Below, in pieces: positions 8,020 through 17,702 of a stretch of 64,000 nt of DNA (its first letter is position 1; the number at the start of each line of letters is the position of its first letter). The notes below the pieces were generated by a model. The model saw only the letters and a program-made list of their open reading frames with translations, was not told the DNA's origin and made no database searches. A program made the translations under genes and the position numbers. This stretch comes from Thermoanaerobaculia bacterium. GTDB taxonomy: Bacteria; Acidobacteriota; Thermoanaerobaculia; Gp7-AA8. The stretch lies in assembly GCA_035525285.1 (NCBI GenBank), contig DATLFB010000033.1:4365-68364 (forward strand), read 5' to 3'.

Positions 8020-10845
8020 TTGACCCGCTCCCCCGCCGCCGTCCTCATCGCCCCCTACCGCGAGATTGCCGCCGCCGTCGCCGCCCGTCTCGCCGCCGCG
8101 CGCGAGGGCTCCGATCCGCTCGACGCGTGGGCCGAAGAGGTGATCGTACCGTCGCGGGGGATGGCGGAGGCAATCTCGAATGAGTTGCTCGTGCGGACGC
8201 CGCGCGGCGTCGCGGGGGTGCAGATCCGCTTTCTGGACGAGCTCGCGCGCGCTCTCGTGAACGATGCGGGCGCGTTTCCGCGCGCAGCGTCGGATGCGGA
8301 GCGCCGGCTGGCGATGCGGATGGCGGTGCGCACGGTGCAGCATCCGATGATGGAGGGCCGCGGCGTGGCGGCGATGCTCGAGCGCTCGTATCGTGATCTG
8401 CGCGACAGCGGTCTCACGCTCGACGGCCTCTCCACGCGCGGCCTGCGCAATCCGCAGCGCACGCAGGCGATCCTCCGCGCATTCGCGGAGTACGAGCGCC
8501 TCATCGCACAGCTCGGCGCGATCGATCCCGCGGATCTCCTCGCGCAGGCGGAGCGCGTCGCGGAACACGCTCGTCCGCAACTGCTCGCCGGCTTCTACGA
8601 CATGACCGGCGCGCAAATGCGCTTCGTTCAGTCGCTGATGCCCCGTATCGCCGCAGTCTGGATTCCCACTGACATGCCGTTCGCCCAGCCGTTCATCGAA
8701 CGTAGCGGCGGGCTTCAGCCCGCCGGAAGCCGGCCGGCTGAAGCCGGCCGCTACGTTTCAGATGCAATGTCCTACGACACGAATCACGCCGAGCTGCGCG
8801 AGGTGTGCGCGCACGTCGCGGAGCTGCTGGAAGGGGGCGAGCAAAGCATCGCCATCACCGCTCGTTCCCTCGACCCCTACGCCATCCATCTCCTCAACCG
8901 CTTCGCCGCCGAGCACGGCTTCGCGACGACGCTGCCCGACGAAATCCCGCTCGCGGCCCATCGCATCGGCCGCGGCGTGCTGACGCTGCTCCGTCTGCGC
9001 GATCGCGGCTTTCCGCGAGGCGAGGTGCTGGAACTGGTGCGCGACGGCCTGCTCGCGCGCACGCGCATCGACGTCGATCGCGCGGACTACGAGACGCGCC
9101 GCGCGCACATCGCCGGCGGCACGAGCGAGGAGCTGGCGCCGCTGCGCAATCGTTCGCGCGCGCTCGACGAGTACATCGCGCTGGTGGCCGAGCTGGAGGA
9201 GTTGACCTCAGGGCTGCCCAGCTACCCGGCTGCCCGGCTACCCAGCACTTCGCCGGGAAGCCGGGAAGCCGGGAAGCCGGGGAGCCCACCGGAGCTCAGC
9301 AGTCTGTTTCGTGTCGAGACCGAGCTCGATCTCGTCGCGGCGGCGAGGCTCGACGAGATCGCGGCGCTGTTCCGGCGGACCGGACAGGCGGGATCGCCTG
9401 TCCTCCACGACCTCATCGACGCGATCGAGCAGGTGTCGCTGACGCAACCGCCGAGCGCGGGACCGAAGGTGTGGGCGGGCGATGTGATGCGCTTTCGCGG
9501 GCGCTCGTTCGCGCACGTGTTCGTCGTGCGGATGCAGGACGATGTGTTCCCGCAGCGGCGCACCGAGGATCCGCTGTTTCCCGATTCCGACCGCCGCGTC
9601 CTCGGGATGCGCGAGATCGGCGACGGGCGGGCGGAGGAGGAGCTGCTGCTGCAGCTCGTGCGCGAGTCCGCGGCGCACGTGCACTTCTCGTTCGCAAGCG
9701 GCGACGGGTTCGGCAAGGTGCTGCGGCCGTCACGGTATCTCCGCGGGCTTGACGTAGCGACCGACTTCAGCCGGTCGAAGGGCGGGCTGAAGCCCGCCCC
9801 TACGTTGTTGCGTCCCCTACAACTGCTCGTGAGGTCGGGAACGCGGTCCGTGTTCGACAGCTACCTCCCGATGCTTGCGGAGACCTTCCGCGCGCGCGTG
9901 CAGTCGGTGACGCCGACGCAGCTCGAGGACTTCGGCGAGTGTCCGCAGAAGTTTTTCTTCAAGCATCTCCTCGGCGTGCAGGAAGTCGAGCATCCCGAGC
10001 GCGAGCTGCAGATCCATCATCGCGAGAAGGGCTCGATCGATCACAAAATCCTCGAGCGCTTCTATCGCGCGCTGTCGTCCGCCGAGCTCGCGAACGCCGC
10101 GGCCGCGCTGCCGCGACTCCCCGACGCGCTCGCCGCGCGGCTCGACACGATCATCGACGAGACCTTCGACGAGCACGAGCAGCAGTTCCCGCCGTTCAAC
10201 CGCACGGTGCGCGGGATCGAGCGGCGCGCGACGAAGCGCATCCTCCGCGAGTTCCTCGCGGGCGACATCGCGGAGCTCACCGCCAGCGAGCTCGAGCCGC
10301 GCCACTTCGAGTACCGCTTCGGCGTCTCGCGCCGCGGCGCGTCGGATCATCCGGAGCCGTTCATCGTCCACGCGGGCGGCGTGCCGGTGCGCGTCGAGGG
10401 GACGATCGATCGCATCGACTACGGCGGGGCCGGCCTGCGCATCGTCGACTACAAGTCGGGAAAAGCAATCCGGCACAACTATCTGCCCGAGAAGATCGAT
10501 CGCGGCGTGCGGCTGCAGCTCGCGCTGTATGCGATGGCCGCCGCGGAGTTCTTCGACAACGCCAACGTCAGCGGCACGATCAAGCCGATCGTGACGGGCG
10601 AGCAGAAATTCAAGTTCGCGTTCGTGCTCGAGGAAAAGCGCGCGACGCTGCTCGAGACGCTCGAGATCTTCCTGCGCGCGATCACCGGCGGCATCTTCCC
10701 CGCGTTCCCGAACGACGAAGACTTCAACTCCTGCAAGTACTGTCCGGTGAGCCACTCGTGCCGCACGCGGCACGATCAGGAGGAGCGCTACGCCGTGCAG
10801 CAGCACCGCGATCCGCGCACGCTCCTCGGCGGAGGCGCGCCGTGA
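8020..10845 (+). CDS. AddB-like PD-(D/E)XK nuclease subunit of a two-subunit helicase-nuclease
   Basis: 941 aa. C-terminal nuclease motif IDRIDYGG..RIVDYKSGKA and Cys staple FGECPQKFF...DFNSCKYCPVSHSC (AddB-type Fe-S). Carries three in-frame palindromic elements (8700-8756, 9210-9290, 9757-9810). Confidence 0.7.
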   Translation: MTRSPAAVLIAPYREIAAAVAARLAAAREGSDPLDAWAEEVIVPSRGMAEAISNELLVRTPRGVAGVQIRFLDELARALVNDAGAFPRAASDAERRLAMRMAVRTVQHPMMEGRGVAAMLERSYRDLRDSGLTLDGLSTRGLRNPQRTQAILRAFAEYERLIAQLGAIDPADLLAQAERVAEHARPQLLAGFYDMTGAQMRFVQSLMPRIAAVWIPTDMPFAQPFIERSGGLQPAGSRPAEAGRYVSDAMSYDTNHAELREVCAHVAELLEGGEQSIAITARSLDPYAIHLLNRFAAEHGFATTLPDEIPLAAHRIGRGVLTLLRLRDRGFPRGEVLELVRDGLLARTRIDVDRADYETRRAHIAGGTSEELAPLRNRSRALDEYIALVAELEELTSGLPSYPAARLPSTSPGSREAGKPGSPPELSSLFRVETELDLVAAARLDEIAALFRRTGQAGSPVLHDLIDAIEQVSLTQPPSAGPKVWAGDVMRFRGRSFAHVFVVRMQDDVFPQRRTEDPLFPDSDRRVLGMREIGDGRAEEELLLQLVRESAAHVHFSFASGDGFGKVLRPSRYLRGLDVATDFSRSKGGLKPAPTLLRPLQLLVRSGTRSVFDSYLPMLAETFRARVQSVTPTQLEDFGECPQKFFFKHLLGVQEVEHPERELQIHHREKGSIDHKILERFYRALSSAELANAAAALPRLPDALAARLDTIIDETFDEHEQQFPPFNRTVRGIERRATKRILREFLAGDIAELTASELEPRHFEYRFGVSRRGASDHPEPFIVHAGGVPVRVEGTIDRIDYGGAGLRIVDYKSGKAIRHNYLPEKIDRGVRLQLALYAMAAAEFFDNANVSGTIKPIVTGEQKFKFAFVLEEKRATLLETLEIFLRAITGGIFPAFPNDEDFNSCKYCPVSHSCRTRHDQEERYAVQQHRDPRTLLGGGAP
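8700..8756. repeat. Palindrome family J (CGTAGCGGCGGGCTTCAGCCCGCCG...CGGCCGGCTGAAGCCGGCCGCTACG), intragenic and in-frame
   Basis: Perfect inverted repeat inside the addB-like CDS (encodes RSGGLQPAGSRPAEAGRY). Copies at 9757 and 54664. Confidence 0.8.
9210..9290. repeat. Family I-like element inside the addB-like CDS, in-frame
   Basis: ctgcccagctacccggctgcccggctacccagcacttcgccgggaagccgggaagccgggaagccgggg encodes LPSYPAARLPSTSPGSREAGKPGSPP. Confidence 0.7.
9757..9810. repeat. Palindrome family J, intragenic
   Basis: gcgaccgacttcagccggtcgaagggcgggctgaagcccgcccctacg within the addB-like CDS. Confidence 0.7.
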
Positions 10846-13800
10846 TGCAGAAGGCATTCGAGTGGGGGACCGGCAAACCTGCCGGTCCGGACAGGCGAGA
10901 TCGCCTGTCCTCCACCTCGCGTCGCAACGTCGTCATCGAAGCGGGCGCGGGAACGGGAAAGACGACGGCGATCGTGGCCGAGGTGCTGAAGCTGATGCTC
11001 GAGCGCGCGGAGCTCGCGCCGGAGCGCATCGTGCTGATGACGTTCACGGAGAAGGCCGCGGGCGAGATCGCGGATCGGATCCGGACAGCGCTCGAGGAGC
11101 TCTCCCAGTCTCCGGCTCTCACCTGGCCCATCGACTCCGCGCATCCCCTCCTCACGATCGACGACCCCGACTCCGCGCGCCGCGCGATCGCGCATCATCT
11201 CGCCAACATCGACGCGCTGCGCTCGCAGACGATCCACTCGTTCTGCCAGTCGCTGCTGCGCACCTTCCCGATCGAGGCGGGGCTCGATCCGCAGTTCAAG
11301 ATCATCGAAGGCTTCGAGCGCTCGCTGCTCTACGGGCAGCTGTACGACGCGTGGATCGATCAGGAGACGCGCGTCCATCCGACGGAGGAGGGAGTGCGCG
11401 AGTGGGAGCTGCTCTTCGCGCACGCCGGCTATCTCTTCCAGATCCGCGATCTGATCCTCGGCATGATCGATCGCCGCGATCTGCTCGAGGAGACGGGCTA
11501 CGACTTCGGCACGCTCGAAGAAGTCGAAGAGAAGCTGATCGATGCACTCGTCGCGATCCGCCGCTGCGGCGATACGGTGGGCGACGAGCAGGCGCAGCGA
11601 ATCTTCGCGTACGTCCGCGAGACCGATCCGCCGGCGCCCGGCGACATCGATCGCTGGCTCGAGTATCTCCATCCGATCGCCGCTTCGATCCGCGATGCGA
11701 ATCTGCCGCGCCACGGAATCCTCAAGGAGGCGCTGAAGATCCTGCGCGGCAAGGAGTCGAAGGGGCGCTCGGTCTACGACTATCTCGTGCGCCACCGTGC
11801 GGCAATCGCGCTGCTCGCGCTGACGCGGCGTTTCCTCGCCTACCTCGACGAGGAAAAGCGCCGCCTCGGCGTCGTCGACTTCGACGATCTGCTGCTCCGC
11901 ACGCTCGCGCTGCTCGACGACGCGGGCGTGCTGGCCCGCGCGCGCGCGCAGTTCGATTTCATCTTCGTCGACGAGTTTCAGGACACCGACCGCACGCAGG
12001 CGCGAATCATCGACCGCCTCGCGCGCGACGCGTCGGGCACATACGTCGCGGGCAAGACGATCGTGGTCGGCGATCCGAAACAGTCGATCTACGGATTCCG
12101 CCGCGCCGATCCGGAGACGTATTACCGGATGACGGAAGGTCTCGTGGCCGGCGGAGCGGAGCGGCGCGTGATCGCGGATCAGTACCGCAGCGATCCGCCG
12201 CTGCTCGACGCCGTGAACGCGCTCTTCGCACGGCTTTTCCCCGACACGCTGCAACACGACCCGAACGTGTTCCGCCCGCGTTACACGCCGCTGCGCGCGG
12301 CGCGCGAGTCGTCGCGCCGCGAGCTCGATGCGCGGATCACGCTGCTGCACGCGCAGCACGACGACGCGGCGGATAAGTTCATCGTCGAGGCGGAGGCGAT
12401 CGCGAAGTGGATCAAGGCGCGCGCGGAAGGCGATCTGCGGCGCTTCGCGATCCTCTTCCGGCGCCTGACGAAGCTCGACGATTATCTCGACACGTTCGAT
12501 CGCCACGGCATCGACTACGTGCTCCCGCCGACGCGCATGTTTCTCGACCGCCGCGCGCCGGTCGATCTGCTGGCGGTACTGCGAGCGATCGCCTACCCGT
12601 TCGATCACGGCGCGCAGATCTCGGCGGCAAGGACGCCGTACTTTGCGCTGACGGATGAGGAGATCGCGGAAGGGGTGCTGCGTGCTGCGTGCAGCGTGCA
12701 GGAGGGCGACGTGACGCAGCACGCAGCACGCAGCACGCAGCACCCGTGGACGGCATTCGTCGCCGCCATCGCCCGCTTCCGCGACCACGCCCGCCATCTC
12801 ACCGCCTCCCAGCTCATCGACCTCGTCATCACCACGACCGGCATCGAGCGCGTGTACGACGCCGCGGCGGACGGCGTGCGCCATCTGCGGCATCTCGAGC
12901 ACGTGCGCGCGATCGCGTTCGAGTACGACCAGCGCACGGGCGGATCGGTCGGACAATTCGTCGGGGAGATCTCGCAGCGGCGCGGCGAGCCGGACGAGAT
13001 CGAGCCGAGCCTGATCGACGAGTCGAAGAACGCGGTGCGGATCATGTCCGTGCACGCGGCAAAGGGGCTCGAGTTCGAGACGGTCATCCTCCCCGACCTC
13101 GCCGTGCAGCCGCCGTCGAACGACACGCAACTCTTCACCGTCGAGGAGCCGCGCAGCCTCGTGCTCGCGGGGCGCGTGGAGTCGATCTCGGCGAACTTCC
13201 GCTTCGCGAACGGCGAGAAACTGAAGCGCATCAACGCGCGGCGCGAGGAGGCGGAGACGCGGCGGCTGTTCTACGTCGGCGTCACGCGCGCGAAGACGGA
13301 CGTCGTGTTCGTCTGCAATCTCGCCGAGGAGACGAAGAACGTTGGATTCCTGCGCTGCCTGTGCGAGGGGCTGGGGATCGAGAAGAACGCGCTCACGGGA
13401 ATGTTCGTCGATGGACGCACGGTCCATGCGACAGAGATTGGGGATGTTGCGTTCGAGCGGGTGTGGAGTGCGGCAACGCCAGTTGCCGCTGTCGTAGGAA
13501 AGCGGCGACTGGCGTCGCCGCACTCCACACTCGAAGCGGAGCTCGCGACAGGCGGGATCGTCCCGTGCGAGATCGCCGCGCCCTCCCCTGTCACCGCGCG
13601 TCTCGCGACGAGCGAAGTGGCCGCGCGCCGCGCCGGCTCCCGCAATCGCGCGGCGGGCATCCTCCTGCATCGCGTCCTCGAGCGCTGGGACGGACGTGCC
13701 GATACCGAGCCGCTGCTGAAGCAGCTCGCGGTCGAGACCGCGGCGGAGGAGGAGGCGGTCGCGCGCGTACGCCGGCGGCTGGCCACGGTCGCGCGCTCCG

Positions 13801-14102
13801 CGACCCTGCAGCGCATCGCGAGCGCGGAGACGATCGGCCGCGAGGTGCCGGTGCGTTTCGTCGAGGAAGGCGCACTCGTCGAGCGCCGCATCGATCGCCT
13901 GCTGCGCGAGAACGGCGCGGAGCTCGTCGTCGACTACAAGAGCGGCGCGGCCGAGGAGTCGCGCGTCGCGAAAGACCGCGAGCACGTCGAGCGGTACTGC
14001 CGCGCGATCTCCGGCATCACCGGCCGCCCGTGCAGCGGGCTCCTCTGGTACGTCGATGTGGAGAACGACGTCGTCGTGGAGGTGCTGCGTGCTGCGTGCT
14101 GA
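10845..14102 (+). CDS. AddA-like ATP-dependent helicase-nuclease (UvrD-type helicase with C-terminal PD-(D/E)XK nuclease)
   Basis: Start ATG overlaps the addB stop (TGATG). VVIEAGAGTGKTTAIV (Walker A)...FIFVDEFQDTD...VVGDPKQSIYGFRRAD...C-terminal ELVVDYKSG nuclease motif. The ORF-track start at 9939 is an antisense-style extension. Confidence 0.8.
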   Translation: MQKAFEWGTGKPAGPDRRDRLSSTSRRNVVIEAGAGTGKTTAIVAEVLKLMLERAELAPERIVLMTFTEKAAGEIADRIRTALEELSQSPALTWPIDSAHPLLTIDDPDSARRAIAHHLANIDALRSQTIHSFCQSLLRTFPIEAGLDPQFKIIEGFERSLLYGQLYDAWIDQETRVHPTEEGVREWELLFAHAGYLFQIRDLILGMIDRRDLLEETGYDFGTLEEVEEKLIDALVAIRRCGDTVGDEQAQRIFAYVRETDPPAPGDIDRWLEYLHPIAASIRDANLPRHGILKEALKILRGKESKGRSVYDYLVRHRAAIALLALTRRFLAYLDEEKRRLGVVDFDDLLLRTLALLDDAGVLARARAQFDFIFVDEFQDTDRTQARIIDRLARDASGTYVAGKTIVVGDPKQSIYGFRRADPETYYRMTEGLVAGGAERRVIADQYRSDPPLLDAVNALFARLFPDTLQHDPNVFRPRYTPLRAARESSRRELDARITLLHAQHDDAADKFIVEAEAIAKWIKARAEGDLRRFAILFRRLTKLDDYLDTFDRHGIDYVLPPTRMFLDRRAPVDLLAVLRAIAYPFDHGAQISAARTPYFALTDEEIAEGVLRAACSVQEGDVTQHAARSTQHPWTAFVAAIARFRDHARHLTASQLIDLVITTTGIERVYDAAADGVRHLRHLEHVRAIAFEYDQRTGGSVGQFVGEISQRRGEPDEIEPSLIDESKNAVRIMSVHAAKGLEFETVILPDLAVQPPSNDTQLFTVEEPRSLVLAGRVESISANFRFANGEKLKRINARREEAETRRLFYVGVTRAKTDVVFVCNLAEETKNVGFLRCLCEGLGIEKNALTGMFVDGRTVHATEIGDVAFERVWSAATPVAAVVGKRRLASPHSTLEAELATGGIVPCEIAAPSPVTARLATSEVAARRAGSRNRAAGILLHRVLERWDGRADTEPLLKQLAVETAAEEEAVARVRRRLATVARSATLQRIASAETIGREVPVRFVEEGALVERRIDRLLRENGAELVVDYKSGAAEESRVAKDREHVERYCRAISGITGRPCSGLLWYVDVENDVVVEVLRAAC
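12683..12742. repeat. Heptamer-tandem hairpin, family F: (GTGCTGC)x3 - loop - (CAGCACG)x4, inside the addA-like CDS and in-frame
   Basis: gtgctgcgtgctgcgtgcagcgtgcaggagggcgacgtgacgcagcacgcagcacgcagcacgcagcac encodes VLRAACSVQEGDVTQHAARSTQH. Confidence 0.8.
13448..13540. repeat. Unique palindromic hairpin inside the addA-like CDS
   Basis: gtggagtgcggcaacgccagttgccg...cggcgactggcgtcgccgcactccac (in-frame: VWSAATPVAAVVGKRRLASPHST). Confidence 0.6.
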
Positions 14103-14140
14103 GTGCTACGCGGCACGCGGCACGCGGCACGCAGCACTAC
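14085..14140. repeat. Heptamer-tandem hairpin, family F (GTGCTGC / GCACGCG arms)
   Basis: gtgctgcgtgctgcgtgctgagtgctacgcggcacgcggcacgcggcacgcagcac. Overlaps the addA stop, between addA and marC. Confidence 0.8.
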
Positions 14141-14150
14141 AATTCCCGCG

Positions 14151-14819
14151 ATGCCCCTCTCGGAGGTCCTGCTGCTCTCGTTCGTCACCCTCATCACGAT
14201 GGTGAATCCGCTCGCCGTGATTCCGTCGTTCGTGGCGCTGACGGACGGAGTCTCGCGCGCGGGGCGGGCGAAGGTCGCTCTCGTCGCGGCGATGGCGTGC
14301 GTGGTCGTCCTCGCGCTGTTCCTCGTCGCGGGAAACTGGGTCTTCCAGTTCTTCGGCATCACCGTGCCAGCGTTTCAGATCATGGGCGGCATCATCTTCT
14401 TCACCAACGCGCTGCGCACGCTCGTGGAACGGGACGAGCGGCGCACGCTGAACATCGGCGGCGAGAAGCGGATGGAGGACCGAGACGTGGAGCGCGCGGA
14501 GATCGATCCGTCATCGATCGCGGTGGTGCCGCTGGCCATTCCGATGCTCTCCGGCCCCGGCGCGATCACGTCGACGATGGTGCTGGTGAATCTCTATCCG
14601 CGCCTCGATCAGAAGCTGGCGGTGCTGCTCTCGATCGTCGGCGTAGGCGTCGTGTCGTACCTATTGCTGCTCGCGGCCGTCCCGCTCTCGCGCCTGATCG
14701 GCGACCGCGGCCGCGCCGTGTTCACGAAAGTCATGGCCCTCCTCCTCGGCGCGATCGGCATTCAGTTCATCATCAACGGCCTCAAGCCGGTGCTGACCGA
14801 GATCATCCGCAGTTCATGA
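14151..14819 (+). CDS. MarC family (UPF0056) integral membrane protein
   Basis: MPLSEVLLLSFVTLITMVNPLAVIPSFVALT... Multi-pass membrane protein with the MarC signature. Confidence 0.75.
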   Translation: MPLSEVLLLSFVTLITMVNPLAVIPSFVALTDGVSRAGRAKVALVAAMACVVVLALFLVAGNWVFQFFGITVPAFQIMGGIIFFTNALRTLVERDERRTLNIGGEKRMEDRDVERAEIDPSSIAVVPLAIPMLSGPGAITSTMVLVNLYPRLDQKLAVLLSIVGVGVVSYLLLLAAVPLSRLIGDRGRAVFTKVMALLLGAIGIQFIINGLKPVLTEIIRSS

Positions 14820-15694
14820 AGGCACTCTTCGTCGTCAACGAGCGCTCCGGCCCGCGTCGCGGCCGCGATGTGGCAGCCGCGATTCGACGCGCGGTTGCGT
14901 GCGAGTACGAGATCACGCCGTGTCCGCGGAAAGAGGATCTCGGCGCGATCGTCGATCGTGCGGAGCGCGAAGGCTTCGATGTCGTGTACGCGGTCGGCGG
15001 CGACGGCACGGTGCACGAGATGGCGAAACGGCTCATCGGACGCGCGCCGGCGCTCGGCGTCGTTCCGACGGGCTCCGGCAACGGCTTCGCGCGGCACATC
15101 GGGCTGCCGATGAATCCGGAGCGCGCGGTGCGGGCGTGCGCGGCGGGACGGATCGTCGCGATCGACACGGTCGAGGTGAACGGCGAGCCGTTCGTCGGCG
15201 TCATGGGCCTCGGCCTCGACGCCGCGATCGCGCATCGCTTCGCCCTGCGCAGCGAGCGCGGTGTGCGTACGTACTTTCGCGAGGGGCTCCGCGCGTTCAT
15301 GAGCTTTCGCGCCGAAGAGTACGAGATTGTCGTCGGGGAGCGAACGCTGCACAGCCGTGCGCTGGTCATCGCGGTCGCGAACTCGGCGCACTACGGCAAC
15401 AACGCGCGCATCGCGCCGCTGGCCTCTCTCCGCGATGGCTTGCTCGACATCGTGATCATCGAGGACGCATCCCTGATCCGCTCGATCCTGCTCATGAGGC
15501 GGCTCTTCTTCGGCACGATTCATCAGGCGCGCACCGTGAGGATGCTGCAAGCGCCCGAGGCGACGATCCGCCGCGCGAGCGCGGGACCGGCGCATCTCGA
15601 CGGCGAGCCGCGCGTTCTCAGCGCGGAGCTGCACATGCGCGTGAATCCGCTGTCGCTGAAGGTGCTCGTGGCCGGCGACGCGCGCGCGTTATAG
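14816..15694 (+). CDS. Lipid kinase, diacylglycerol-kinase catalytic-domain family (YegS-like)
   Basis: ATGA overlap with the marC stop. ...DVVYAVGGDGTVHEMA...GVVPTGSGNGFARH (DAGK_cat motifs). Confidence 0.75.
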   Translation: MKALFVVNERSGPRRGRDVAAAIRRAVACEYEITPCPRKEDLGAIVDRAEREGFDVVYAVGGDGTVHEMAKRLIGRAPALGVVPTGSGNGFARHIGLPMNPERAVRACAAGRIVAIDTVEVNGEPFVGVMGLGLDAAIAHRFALRSERGVRTYFREGLRAFMSFRAEEYEIVVGERTLHSRALVIAVANSAHYGNNARIAPLASLRDGLLDIVIIEDASLIRSILLMRRLFFGTIHQARTVRMLQAPEATIRRASAGPAHLDGEPRVLSAELHMRVNPLSLKVLVAGDARAL

Positions 15695-16105
15695 CGTCGC
15701 CATCAGCTCTTCGATGCGCCGCGCGAGCTCGTCGCGCGTGTGGATGAAGCGGCCGAAGCGCGTGTGCGGATCGTCGGGGCCGAACGAGGGATCCTCGATC
15801 GGCCAGTGCTCGATGCGCTTCGCGCCGGGCCACATCGGACAGTCCTGCGCCGCGGAGTCGCAGACGGTGACGACGATGTCGAAGGTCTGCTCCACGAACC
15901 TGTCGGCCGATTTCGACTCGGCATCCTGGATGTCGATGCCGAGGTCCGCGAGGGCCTGAATCGCGAGCGGATGCACCCAGCCCGCGGGGCGCGATCCGGC
16001 GGAGACGACGTCGACCCTGTCGCCATGAAACGCGCGCGCGAGGCCTTCCGCCATCTGCGAGCGCGCGGCGTTGCCGGTGCAGAGAAAAAGAATCTGCTTC
16101 TTCAT
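15689..16105 (-). CDS. arsC: Arsenate reductase, LMW-PTP family (thioredoxin-coupled ArsC)
   Basis: MKKQILFLCTGNAARSQMAEG (CX5R P-loop)...VVTVCDSAAQDCP. Confidence 0.8.
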   Translation of the reverse strand: MKKQILFLCTGNAARSQMAEGLARAFHGDRVDVVSAGSRPAGWVHPLAIQALADLGIDIQDAESKSADRFVEQTFDIVVTVCDSAAQDCPMWPGAKRIEHWPIEDPSFGPDDPHTRFGRFIHTRDELARRIEELMATL

Positions 16106-16458
16106 ACGCGCGTGGCCTCGTAGGTTCGCTCGTTGCGGACGTTGCCGGTGTTGAGCGTGCTCGCCGGCTCGAAGAGCAGCACGTGCGCCTCCTCGGCCGC
16201 GACCGGCCGATGCTCCACGCCGCGCGGGACGATGAAGAATTCGCCCTCGCCGAGGGGGATGTCGGCGTCGCGAAGCTGAATCGTCATCGCGCCTTTGAGC
16301 ACGAGAAAGAGCTCGTCTTCATGCTCGTGGTGATGCCACACGAACTCGCCCTGCAGCTTGACGACTTTGACGTGCTGGCCATTCAACTCGCCGACGACGC
16401 GCGGCTGCCACTGCTCGGTGAAGGAGGCGAGCTTTTCGGTGAGAGAGACTTTTTCCAT
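16102..16458 (-). CDS. Cupin domain protein
   Basis: ...VWHHHEHEDELFLVLKG...GEFFIVPRGVEHRP (cupin motifs G(X)5HXH(X)3-4E... and G(X)5PXG(X)2H). Confidence 0.7.
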   Translation of the reverse strand: MEKVSLTEKLASFTEQWQPRVVGELNGQHVKVVKLQGEFVWHHHEHEDELFLVLKGAMTIQLRDADIPLGEGEFFIVPRGVEHRPVAAEEAHVLLFEPASTLNTGNVRNERTYEATRV

Positions 16459-16504
16459 CGGAGAAGCGTACCGCGGAGCGGGCCATCCTGTACGCTAAGA
16501 CCGG

Positions 16505-16831
16505 ATGGACAAACCGCGAATCTTCCTGGGCTCGTCAGGAAAGCAGGAGAAACTGCTGCAGGCGCTGACACGCGGTCTCGAAGACGTCGCGCACGTAGAA
16601 GCGCCGCAACTGGACGGGACGGGAGAGATCCGAGTCGAATCCGCCGATCGCGCGGACGGGTACTTCACGACTCATTCGGACACTCACCCCAAAGTCAACA
16701 CAAGGACGTCCGGCGTCTATCTGCGCGCCGATCCGGAGGACTTGAACATCCTGGATGGACGCGGCAACCGGCAACGCGCGGAGTTGATTGCGGAGCGTCT
16801 GAGAGACTGGAAGTCGATCACGAACGTGTGA
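16505..16831 (+). CDS. Hypothetical protein
   Basis: 108-aa ORF with no recognisable motif. Lies at the edge of the lower-GC islet. Weak call. Confidence 0.25.
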   Translation: MDKPRIFLGSSGKQEKLLQALTRGLEDVAHVEAPQLDGTGEIRVESADRADGYFTTHSDTHPKVNTRTSGVYLRADPEDLNILDGRGNRQRAELIAERLRDWKSITNV

Positions 16832-16894
16832 GATCGGTTAGTGAGACGCCGCGCTTTCGGCGACGTTCTCGGCTCGTCGCGTTCGACTGCGACA

Positions 16895-17188
16895 CTAACG
16901 AGCCAGCTTGCGCCAATAACCAGGGCGCCTGCTTTCGTGCGCGACCGCGACGACGTTTACTGTGTTGCTCTCTACGAAATAGACAAGAGAGTATGGATAC
17001 GTCGGGAAAACGTACCGCTGCGTTCCGGCGATGTAGCGCGGCCACCGGTGCGGAGCCTCTACGATGAGATCAACGGCATGATCCAGCTCGCGTAGGAAGC
17101 CGGCTTCGGCCACTTCACTCTGATCCCGGTACCACTTGCGGGCCTCTTCGACTTCGTCGTCAGCCGCCTCGAAGAAATGTGGCTGCAT
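16895..17188 (-). CDS. Type II toxin, RelE/ParE family
   Basis: 97 aa; ...RWPRYIAGTQRYVFPTYPYSLVYFVESNTVNVVAVAHESRRPGYW, typical ParE/RelE C-terminus. ATGA overlap with the upstream antitoxin. Confidence 0.7.
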   Translation of the reverse strand: MQPHFFEAADDEVEEARKWYRDQSEVAEAGFLRELDHAVDLIVEAPHRWPRYIAGTQRYVFPTYPYSLVYFVESNTVNVVAVAHESRRPGYWRKLAR

Positions 17189-17418
17189 TAACGATCGAGG
17201 CGATGCAAACGAGCTCGGACTTCCGCCCAGGGAATGGTCTTTACTCTGCCCGCTCGGTAGTCTTCCATGCGTCGCTGAATTTCAGCGGCCCAAGCCTCCT
17301 CGACTCCTTCATCCCGCACCTCTTCGATGCTCTCGAGGAGGAGGCCTGCGAGCTCGGCACGCTCGCCGGGGGGTAGCTCTGCTGCCTTGGCGTAAAGTTC
17401 CTGGACGTCGCGCGTCAT
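17188..17418 (-). CDS. Antitoxin (putative addiction-module component, ParD-like)
   Basis: 76 aa acidic protein, ...ELPPGERAELAGLLLESIEE...AWAAEIQRRMEDYRAG, immediately upstream of and overlapping the ParE-like toxin. Confidence 0.6.
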   Translation of the reverse strand: MTRDVQELYAKAAELPPGERAELAGLLLESIEEVRDEGVEEAWAAEIQRRMEDYRAGRVKTIPWAEVRARLHRLDR

Positions 17419-17702
17419 GCGGCGATTCTAGCGCGAAACCGTTCGAGCGATCTCTGCGCATGCGTTGCCGAGGGTGCTCGTGGGCGCCGAGCTGCTGACA
17501 ATCAGGTCTCTGCGCTGCGGCGGGCGTCACGCGCGTGGAGCAATGCGGCGCGGCGGCTGCCGCGCCACGAATGCTTTTGACGGCGGCGCGATGTGCCGCC
17601 GACGTGCCGCCGTCCAGCTACGATGTTCCCGAGCCGGCTCGGCCGGCGGGCCGGACAGCAGCCCGCCCGTCGGCTCCTGTGTGGAGTTAAGCCGCGGCGG
17701 CC

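Noticed and set aside
7938-8020. Possible divergent promoter region between the VanZ gene and addB
   Set aside because: No recognisable -35/-10 consensus could be supported by eye in this high-GC context. Left uncalled.
10788-13985. 1065-aa minus-strand ORF (and 10862..12376, 12689..14816 plus-strand extensions) overlapping addA
   Set aside because: Antisense or out-of-frame to a well-supported AddA-like helicase-nuclease. Translations are Arg/Ala/Pro-rich low-complexity typical of high-GC spurious ORFs.
16183-17067. 294-aa plus ORF and 16841..17095 overlapping cupin/ParE region
   Set aside because: Antisense to the cupin and ParE-like genes. No motif support.
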